This document shows, one piece after another, positions 54,665 through 64,000 of a stretch of DNA of 64,000 nucleotides. Every line of letters starts with the position of its first letter. Positions within the stretch are counted from its first letter, which is position 1. Below the pieces are notes generated by a model, which saw nothing but the letters and a program-made list of their open reading frames with translations, had not been told where the DNA came from and did not search any database. Source of the DNA: Eledone cirrhosa (taxonomy: Eukaryota); the NCBI GenBank assembly GCA_964016885.1, contig OZ024750.1:40424001-40488000 (forward strand), given 5' to 3'. The position numbers and the translations under genes are program-made.

Positions 54665-57600
54665 GCTGGTGGGGCTAAACCATGTGTCAGGTGAGGGTGG
54701 GTCTAGTGTCAGGTGAGGGTGGGTCTAAACCATGTGTTAGGGGGTGGTGGGGCTAAACCATGTGTCAGGGGTGGTGGGGCTAAACCATGCGTCAGGGGGT
54801 GGTGGGGCTAAACCATGCGTCAGGGGGTGGTGGGGCTAAACCATGCGTCAGGGGGTGGTGGGGCTAAACCATGCGTCAGGGGGTGGTGAGGCTAAACCAT
54901 GCGTCAGGGGGTGGTGGGTCTAAACCATGCGTCAGGGGGTGGTGGGTCTAAACCATGTGTCAGGGGTTGGTGGGGCTAAACCAAGTGTCAGGGGGTGGTG
55001 GGGCTAAACCAAGTGTCAGGGGGTGGTGGGTCTAAACCATGTGTCAGGGGGTGGTGGGGCTAAACCATGTGTCGGGGGGTGGTGGGTCTAAACCATGTGT
55101 CAGGGGGTGCTGGGACTAAACCATGTGTCAGGGGGTGGTGGGGCTAAACCATGTTTCAGGAGGTGGTGGGTCTAAACCATGTGTCAGGGGGTGGTGGGGC
55201 TAAACCATGTGTCAGGGGGTGGTGGGTCTAAACCATGTTTCAGGAGGTGGTGGGGCTAAACCATGTGTCAGGGGGTGGTGGGGCTAAACCATGTTTCAGG
55301 AGGTGGTGGGTCTAAACCATGTGTCAGGGGGTGGTGGGGCTAAACCATGTGTCAGGGGGTGGTGGGGCTAAACCATGTTTCAGGAGGTGGTGGGTCTAAA
55401 CCATGTGTCAGGGGGTGGTGGGGCTAAACCATGTGTCAGGGGGTGGTGGGTCTAAACCATGTGTCAGGGGGTGGTGGGGCTAAACCATGTGTCAGGGGGT
55501 GGTGGGTCTAAACCATGTGTCAGGGGGTGGTGGGTCTAAACCATGTGTCAGGGGGTCGTGGGTCTAAACCATGTGTCAGGGGGTCGTGGGTCTAAACCAT
55601 GTGTCAGAGGGTGGTGGGTCTAAACCATGTGTCAGGGGGTGGTGAGTCTAAACCATGTGTCGGGGGTGGTGGGTCTAAACCATGTCAAGGGGTGGTGGGT
55701 CTAAACCATGTGTCAGGGGGTGGTGGGGCTAAACCATGTGTCAGGGGGTGGTGGGGCTAAACCATGTTTCAGGAGGTGGTGGGTCTAAACCATGTGTCAG
55801 GGGGTGGTGGGGCTAAACCATGTTTCAGGAGGTGGTGGGTCTAAACCATGTGTCAGGGGGTGGTGGGGCTAAACCATGTGTCAGGGGGTGGTGGGGCTAA
55901 ACCATGTTTCAGGAGGTGGTGGGTCTAAACCATGTGTCAGGGGGTGGTGGGGCTAAACCATGTGTCAGGGGGTGGTGGGTCTAAACCATGTGTCAGGGGG
56001 TGGTGGGGCTAAACCATGTGTCAGGGGGTGGTGGGTCTAAACCATGTGTCAGGGGGTCGTGGGTCTAAACCATGTGTCAGGGGGTCGTGGGTCTAAACCA
56101 TGTGTCAGGGGGTGGTGGGTCTAAACCATGTGTCAGGGGGTGGTGAGTCTAAACCATGTGTCGGGGGTGGTGGGGCTAAACCATGTCAGGGGGTGGTGGG
56201 GCTAAACCATGTGTCAGGGGGTGGTGGGTCTAAACCATGTGTCAGGGGGTGGTGGGTCTAAACCATGTGTCAGGGGGTGGTGGGGCTAAACCATGTGTCA
56301 GGGGGTGGTGGGTCTAAACCATGTGTCAGGGGGTGGTGGGTCTAAACCATGTGTCAGGGGAGGTCTAAACCATGTCAGGGGGTGGTGGGGCTAAACCATG
56401 TGTCAGGGGGTGGTGGGTCTAAACCATGTGAGGGGGTGGTGGGGCTAAACCATGTGTCAGGGGGTGGTGGGGCTAAACCATGTGTCAGGGGGTGGTGGGT
56501 CTAAACCATGTGTCAGGGGGTGGTGGGTCTAAACCATGTGTCAGGGGGTGGTGGGGCTAAACCATGTGTCAGGGGGTGGTGGGGCTAAACCATGTGAGGG
56601 GGTGGTGGGTCTAAACCAAGTGTCAGGGGGTGGTGGGGCTAAACCATGTGTCAGGGGCTGGTGGGTCGAAACCATGTGTCAGGGGGTGGTGGGTCTAAAC
56701 CATGTGTCAGGGGGTGGTGGGGCTAAACCATGTCAGGGGGTGGTGGGGCTAAACCATGTGTCAGGGGGTGGTGGGGCTAAACCATGTGTCAGGTGAGGGT
56801 GGGTCTAAACCATGTGTCAGGGGGTGGTGAGGCTAAACCATGTGTCAGGGGGTGGTGGGTCTAAACCATGTGTCAGGGGGTGGTGGGTCTAAACCATGTG
56901 TCAGGGGGTGGTGGGGCTAAACCATGTGTCAGGGGGTGGTGGGGCTAAACCATGTGTCAGGGGGTGGTGGGGCTAAACCATGTGTCAGGGGGTGGTGGGG
57001 CTAAACCATGTGTCAGGGGGTGGTGGGGCTAAACCATGTGTCAGGGGGTGGTGGGGCTAAACCATGTGAGGGGGTGGTGGGGCTAAACCATGTGTCAGGG
57101 GGTGGTGGGTCTAAACAATGTGAGGGGCTGGTGGGGCTAAACCATGTGTCAGGGGGTGGTGGGGCTAAACCATGTGTCAGGGGGTGGTGGGGCTAAACCA
57201 TGTGTCAGGGGGTGGTGGGGCTAAACCATGTGTCAGGGGGTGGTGGGGCTAAACCATGTGAGGGGGTGGTGGGGCTAAACCATGTGTCAGGGGGTGGTGG
57301 GTCTAAACAATGTGAGGGGGTGGTGGGGCTAAACCATGTGTCAGGGGGTGGTGGGTCTAAACCATGTGTCAGGGGGTGGTGGGGCTAAACAATGTGAGGG
57401 GGTGGTGGGGCTAAACCATGTGTCAGGGGGTGGTGGGTCTAAACCATGTGTCAGGGGGTGGTGGGGCTAAACCATGTGTCAGGGGGTGGTGGGGCTAAAC
57501 CATGTGTCAGGGGCTGGTGGGTCGAAACCATGTGTCAGGTGAGGGTGGGTCTAAACCATGTGTCAGGTGAGGGTGGGGCTAAACCATGTGTCAGGGGGTG

Positions 57601-58535
57601 GTGTGTCTAAACCATGTGTCAGGTGAGGGTGGGTCTAAACCATGTGTCAGGGGGTGGTGGGTCTAAACCATGTGTCAGGGGGTGGTGGGTCTAAACCATG
57701 TGTCAGGGGGTGGTGGGGCTAAACCATGTGTCAGGGGGTGGTGAGGCTAAACCATGTGTCAGGGGGTGGTTGGTCTAAACCATGTGTTAGGGGGTGGTGG
57801 GGCTAAACCATGTGTCAGGGGGTGGTGGGGCTAAACCATGCGTCAGGGGGTGGTGGGTCTAAACCATGTGTCAGGGGGTGGTGGGGCTAAACCATGAGAC
57901 AGGGGGTGGTGGGTCTAAACCATGTGTCAGGTGAGGGTGGATCTAAACCATGTGTCAGGGGGTGGTGGGGCTAAACCATGTCATGGGAGGGGGGGGGGGG
58001 CTAAACCATGTGTCAGGGGGTGGTGGGTCTAAACCATGTGTCAGGGGGTGGTGGGGCTAAACCATGTGTCAGGGGGTGGTGGGTCTAAACCATGTGAGGG
58101 GGGTGGTGAGGCTAAACCAAGTGTCAGGGGGTGGTGGGTCTAAACCATGTGTCAGGGGGTGGTGGGTCTAAACCATGTGTCAGGGGGTGGTGGGGCTAAA
58201 CCATGTGTCAGGGGTTGGTGGGGCTAAACCATGTGTCCGGGGGTGGTGGGTCTAAACCATGTGTCAGGGGGTGGTGGGGCTAAACCATGTGTCAGGGGGT
58301 GGTGGGTCTAAACCAAGTGTCAGGGGGTGGTTGGTCTAAACCAAGTGTCAGGGCGTGGTGGGGCTAAACCAAGTTTCAGGGGGTGGTGGGGCTAAACCAT
58401 GTGTCAGGGGGTGGTGGGTCTAAACCAAGTGTCAGGGGGTGGTGGGGCTAAACCATGTGTCAGGGGGTGGTGGGTCTAAACCATGTGAGGGGGTGGTGGG
58501 GCTAAACCAAGTGTTACGTGGTGGGGCTATATCAT
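54665..58535. repeat. 28-bp G-rich minisatellite, about 135 units
   Basis: Unit ctaaaccatgtgtcagggggtggtggg(g/t). Confidence 0.95.
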
Positions 58536-59002
58536 GTGACCGATTAAGTAGTCTACAGTCAGCTACAATATTAAGATCCTTTATACTTCACAGTTAAATA
58601 CCAGTAATATACTGGGGTCGACATATCGACCGAGGAAACCCGTTATGTTTGTATGTTGTACCTTCCAGGACATTTTCAAGAAATATAGACTATTAATGTG
58701 TAATTCTTCAGAAAGTCAATGGCTTATATACCCAGGGCCTCTGAAAGGGAGTGGGGTCCAGTCGGTACTTATTTCAGGGGCCAGGAGCTAAGAAGGCCCC
58801 ACAGCAACCTTGAAAAATTTCTCAGGAGGCCCTGTATACACCACCGTATACACTACCCTATCACATATACAGGATCCTGAAATGAACTTACTAATTTTCA
58901 ATTTACAGGAAAAGACGTATATTTGACATGTTTACATGTCAATATACTAGAAACGTGTAAATTTATTTACACGTTTACTCAGTCTCGTTTACCTCATCTG
59001 TA

Positions 59003-59061
<59 letters not shown>

Positions 59062-59177
59062 AGTAACACAACAGTTAGTTCACCATACCGAGAACAATTG
59101 TTTCACCTTATGCCGCATAAGGTAAGTGAATCTGTGTTTGCGCTTTTATATTTATATACTCATACATATACATATAT

Positions 59178-59246
<69 letters not shown>

Positions 59247-59319
59247 TATACGCATCAGCATATGGGAAAAAGACTCTAGTTTTTGTAAATTACCGCATCT
59301 TTCGTTGATAGAGGAACGT

Positions 59320-60440
59320 AAACGACCGCAGCATTTAGTTATGGCCCTTTACGTTCTGAGGTAAATTTTATCTTTCATCCTTTTGGGCTTGATAAAATGA
59401 AGTACCAGTCACATATTGGAGTCGATGTAATCGATTTTCCCTCCCCCATAAATTGTTGGCCTTGTGCCTAAATTAGAAACCATTATTATTATTACGGCGG
59501 TGGATTGGCAGAATCGGTAGAGGGTCGGACGCCATGCTTTGACGCAAAGAGTTTCGGTCTTTTCCATTATCAGTTCAAATCCCGCCGAGGTTAACTTTGC
59601 CTTTTATCTTTACGGGGTCGATAAAATAAAGTACCAGTAATGCACTGGGTTAATTGCTGGCCTTGTGCCAAAAGTAGAAACAATTATTATTATTACGAGC
59701 AGCAAAATGGCGGTGAATTGGTTGACTCAGTAGAGCGTCGGACATCGTGCTTTGTGCCATGTAGTTCTGAGTTCAAATCTCGCCGAGGTTAGCTTTACCT
59801 TTCATCCTTACGGGGTTGATAAAATAAAATACCAGTAATGTACTGGAGTCGATTTAATTGATTTCTCCCTTTCCCAAAATTATTGGTTTTTCTGTCTAAA
59901 CCAGAAACAATTATAGCGTCAGACAATATGCTTTGCAGCATAGAGTAATGGCCCTCTACGTTCTGAGTTCAAATCCCGCCGAGGTTAACTTTGCCTTTCA
60001 TCCTTACGGGGTCGATAAAATAAAGTACCAGTAATGTACTAGCGTAATTGCTGGCCTTGTGCCAAAAGTAGAAACAATTATATTACTTAGAATCATTGTT
60101 TCAAGGGAAGTAACTCTAATCGCTTAAATTACTCAACAATCCCGATGTAAGGGAAGTCACTCTCAATTACAAAAGTAAATAGAATTAAGTGAGTCTATGA
60201 CGTAGTAACACGGCTGTCAACATTTCCAGAAGAAAACATCAAACAAACAAAAGAAATAATTGTTTCTACTATTGGCACAAGGCCAGCAATTACCCAGTGC
60301 ATGACTGGTACTTTATTTTATCAACCCCGTAAGGATGAAAGGCAAAGTTAACCTCGGCGGGATTTGAACTCAGAACGCAAAAGGCCATAACTCTATGCTA
60401 CAAAGCATGGTCTCTGACGTTGTACCGATACTGCCAATAC
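59320..60440. mobile_element. SINE family 1 cluster: four + copies head-to-tail and one - copy
   Basis: 59320-59485, 59496-59685, 59708-59912, 59915-60080(+); 60257-60438(-). Confidence 0.85.
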
Positions 60441-60444
60441 AAAT

Positions 60445-60775
60445 ACAGTGTTACCCCGGCACTCGCGGTCCCGGTTATTCGCGGAATTTTCCTTAGAACC
60501 TAATTAATAATTGTTCGTGGAAACCACCGCATATTCGCGGAATCGTAAATATCTTCCACGTTTTTTAATCTTTTTTCGTGGCAATATATATTTTTTAACG
60601 CTAAATTACTAATAACAATATACCGTACTTGCTAGCCTATTGGACACCCCTTCGCATAAGAGGCTCCCTCTTTTTTTTTATTATATGTTATGTTATATTT
60701 TGACGTTTATAGGCATTTTTATGGACAACGTCCAATATTCGCGGTTTTTCACTCTTCGCAGGTGTTCTAGGAATG
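60445..60775. mobile_element. Tc1/mariner (Tigger/pogo-like) MITE remnant
   Basis: Starts ta|cagtg with repeated ttcgcgg subterminal motifs. Confidence 0.5.
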
Positions 60776-60888
60776 TAGACATACACACACATGTACACAG
60801 ATAAAGACGTACACACAGGAACACAGACATACGCACACACTGATACAGATAAACACACACATATATATTTATATATATTCTCTCTATT

Positions 60889-61091
60889 CTAAGGCGGGTA
60901 AAATTCCCGAGATCCATGGACGAGTTCTTTCCAGCGGTCTCTGTCCCTCATTATCGCTGCCATGTCCTGCGTCTCCAATGGACCAGTGTCTGTCCTTAGG
61001 GCATCAACATACGTTAACCTTGGTCTTCCTCTTCTAGTGTGTCCATGTAGGGGCTCCCAAAGGAGCACTGAGTGCAATGTCAACTCTGGAT
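60889..61091 (-). mobile_element. RTE-like LINE 3' fragment just downstream of the TSPEAR-like stop codon
   Basis: VLLWEPLHGHTRRGRPRLTYVDAL...MRDRDRWK. Confidence 0.75.
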
Positions 61092-61158
61092 ATATATACA
61101 CACATCACTAAAAACAACAAAATAGCTAGGAAGATATTTCTAGAATATAAGAAATTTT

Positions 61159-61417
61159 TTATACAAATTTTGCTCTAAGAACCTGTGATTTGTTAGACTT
61201 TGGATTGGCATAAAGTAAGAATATGTCCTGTTTGATGTGAAATATTTCAATGTCAGCAGATGGTAACACCTTCATTCGATGTATTGGTACAAATTGATCG
61301 ACTCCTTGCCAACGGTAAATAACACTATAATGTTCATAAGGATCGTTGGAGTTCTGTGCATTTGTCACTACGAGGTACTTCTGCTCTCCAATACTAAAGA
61401 ACTCCCAATCAATTGCG
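61159..61417 (-). CDS. TSPEAR: Terminal coding exon of a TSPEAR-like (thrombospondin-type laminin G and EAR repeat) protein
   Basis: Follows acceptor tttatttctAG (AG = 61419-61418). One base, then AIDWEFFSIGEQKYLVVTNAQNSNDPYEHYSVIYRWQGVDQFVPIHRMKVLPSADIEIFHIKQDIFLLYANPKSNKSQVLRAKFV-TAA. Matches the recalled TSPEAR C-terminus pattern (A.DWEFFS.GE..LVV.N...S.IYRWQG...FV..H...S.VLR). No upstream exon seen in the window. Confidence 0.88.
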
Positions 61418-61472
61418 CTAGAAATAAATAAATAAATACATAAATGAATAAATAAATAACAATGACAATGAA

Positions 61473-61520
<48 letters not shown>

Positions 61521-61872
61521 TATATAATGAAGGAGTTGTGGTAAGGAACCAGATGGACCATAACGCACCAGAGTACTCAATACTTAGGGTAGTAGAGTGG
61601 GTAATAGGAAAAAGTATGACCCCCGACGGCAGAGCTCAAGCCGTTTCAACGGCTATTTCTGGACTCAGTCCATAAATAGCCGTCGAAACGGCTTGAGCTC
61701 TGCCGTCGGGGTCATACTTTTTCCTATATATATATATATAAAGAAAAACGTCAAATCGAGGTTTTATTATAGATATAATTTAGAAAACTCAATAGATAAC
61801 AATGTGCGTATGTGTGTATGTATGTATGTATGTATGTATGTATGTATGTATGTATGTATGTATGTATGTATG

Positions 61873-63379
61873 TTTTCTCTTTCTCTTAATTTTGAGTATA
61901 TTTTTTTGACCGGCCACCTTCCTGGTGGCAAGGTTGTAAAAGAAAAGAAATTGTCATCCCTTGAATCGCAAGAATGTTTTGCAAATTTTGAAGGTGCCAG
62001 CTATCGCAGCCATTTGTAGACTATGAATTAGGGAGCTGCGCTTTTTGTCCGCAAATCCAAGTTCAGTCATACTTTGGTCCAAGCGGGTTGGTATATAACC
62101 CGTAGCACCAATAATGATGGGTATGAAGCTAAAGGTGTATCTTGGATACTGGATTTGTAAACTCCTCATCAATGGTCCGTAGATGTCCTCCTTCTCCTGT
62201 ATTTTTCTGACAACGTTTACATCAAGTGGGCAGCTGATCTCCACAACAGAACACGTTTTCAATGTGTGGTCCCAAACTACAATATCAGGCCGGTTGTGCT
62301 TTAATCTGGTGGCAGTTTTTATTTTCAGGTTCCACCAGTATTCCTTAGTGCCATCTGTCTCAATATATTCTTCCTCGTTTGTTGTTAATTTTGTTTTCCG
62401 AAGTGCGTTCCAGATGGTTCTAGCTATCCCATCGTGTCTCATGGGGAGGTAGTAGCGAGATGACATTCTTTCGCAGCTGGCAACAATGTGGCTTACATCC
62501 TCGATCTTTGTTTTACATAGCCTACATTTATTGTCAGCTGCTGGCCCTCCTCTTTTGTGCAGCAGATATTTGGTAGGGAGTTCTTGTTCCTGTATTGCAT
62601 AGAGATATCCCTCAAGGTGTGATGTCATAAACTTGTCGGAACTCCATGCCAGGCTTTTTGAGTGGTTTATCCCCTCTATGGTCTGTGTTTTACGCCTCAA
62701 GTATCCATGCACAACTTTTTCTGTAAATTGGTCAATTTTTTTTTCTTGTTTGAACATTGAATAGGATCTTCCGATTTCTCTGGGTGAGAGATTTATATCG
62801 GGCTTTATTCCATATCTCTCCTCCAGATCAGTCGCTATTCTAATGATATTTCTTTTTTCATGGTCATAAACCTGGGCAAGATGGTTGCCAACCTTTTTCC
62901 TCTGTTGAAGGTGTTGCTTCAGTGTCACTATCCGGGTCTCATATGTTGTTAATATTGATTTTAGACCCCGGCCACCTTCCTTGCGTGAGAAGTATAGCCT
63001 ATCCACATCACCATTGATGTTAAAGTTCCCAGTAACACTGAGAAGTTTTCGAGTTCTAACATCCATCTCACTTAGTTCTTGCAATGACCAGTTCAGTAGG
63101 CCAAATGTTGGCGTTAGAATTGGCACAGCATAAGTATTGTGGGCAATGTATTTGTTGTATGCTGACAGTTCTGATGACCATATTTTCTTTACTCTTCTGA
63201 GGTATTCAGTTCTGGTTTTCTCCTTATTTATGGGTCCATCATATCTGACATTCTCATCCTGTCCAAGATATCTGTAGTTGTCACCTGACTGCAAAGGTTG
63301 TATTGTCAGGCCGTTCATCTCTAGATTTCTAGAGGAGGGCACAGCTCTTCCACGTTTTACTGCCAAATATGCACACTTG
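61873..63379 (-). mobile_element. 5'-truncated RLE-type non-LTR retrotransposon (R4/Dong-like): end of RT, CCHC finger, restriction-like endonuclease, 3'UTR
   Basis: Uninterrupted ORF to 61954 with YRYLG, RLYFSRKEGGRGL, AIQEQ, CRLC...SHIVASC, RHD, RPDIVVWD..VEISCP and K..IY motifs. (GTAT)n tracts on both sides. Confidence 0.9.
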
Positions 63380-63443
63380 TGTATGTATGTATGTATGTAT
63401 GTATGTATGTATGTATGTATGTATGTATGTATGTCGCTCAGAG

Positions 63444-63860
63444 ATGACACTGGGAGAGATGACCCCTTAGCCTTTGTCAAGGCAGAATTCTAGGAGAAGG
63501 AAAACTCTGATATAACACCTGCAACCCTGATGGTATCCAATGATGTTGACTTGTTCTTCTTTTTGGTAAATATCATCTTGGTTAAGAGAGTGGAACTGGC
63601 TTTGTGCAGTGCCTTTGCTCACTATAAAAGCTTCACGGCACAAGCATTGCTTTATATCTGGAGATCTCTCTGCACTTGCCGTCACATGGTACCATGGGCC
63701 CAGCACTATGTGTCAATAATTGTCACAAGTGTAGTGTTTGTACCAGAGTTTTCAAGTCGCTGGCTGGACTAAAAAGTCACACTCGTTCAGCGCATTGGTA
63801 GGAGTTCTCCTACATGGATATAAAGTAGTGGCCGTACTCGAAAACGAGTTGGCAGCCACC
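63444..63860 (+). mobile_element. 5'-truncated non-autonomous RTE-derived element
   Basis: Near copy of 4755-5150. Encodes a terminal C2H2-like CSVCTRVFKSLAGLKSHTRSAH. Flanked by the duplication atgtatgtcgctcagag (ending 63443 and 63885). Confidence 0.75.
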
Positions 63861-64000
63861 ATGTATGTATGTATGTCGCTCAGAGTGGGATTGGCTCAGT
63901 GTACAGTCTTTCCTCACTTTAAAAAGAATCTTCACGCACAGGCATTTCGCGGTAGAATTAATTGATAATTATTAATAATTTTATATCATGCAATGACCAT

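Noticed and set aside
28992-58535. CRISPR-like arrays (32-, 41-, 43-, 28-bp units)
   Set aside because: Contiguous tandem units without unique spacers, no cas genes, eukaryotic context.
61368-61580. 70-aa ORF, and the start at 61368 used for the 69-aa ORF
   Set aside because: Wrong frame and arbitrary start. The real reading frame enters by splicing at 61417.
63380-63480. N-terminal part of the 508-aa ORF (MTKAKG...IHTYIHTY)
   Set aside because: Read-through across (ATAC)n from a neighbouring element. The LINE is 5'-truncated at about 63379.

Overview
Repeat-dense eukaryotic (metazoan) genomic DNA. The dominant tRNA-headed SINE resembles the abundant octopus SINE, so an octopod cephalopod is likely (recognised from memory, not searched). 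Only one host coding exon is supportable: the terminal exon of a TSPEAR-like EAR-repeat gene (61159-61417, minus). The rest is SINEs, LINE fragments (R4/Dong-like RLE, Tx1/L1-like, RTE), hAT and Tc1/mariner remnants, large minisatellites (several amplified from TE fragments) and microsatellites. Nearly all ORF-track entries are repeat translations. The main hidden signal is about ten complete or near-complete type-I hammerhead ribozyme motifs plus many half or degenerate motifs, from several unrelated sequence families. Most lie in short asymmetric fold-back elements beside (TA)n tracts, an architecture matching Penelope-like element pseudo-LTR remnants. Two LINE families also appear to target tetranucleotide microsatellites, (ATAC)n and (TATC)n. 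All folds and alignments were done by eye; boundaries may be off by a few bases.
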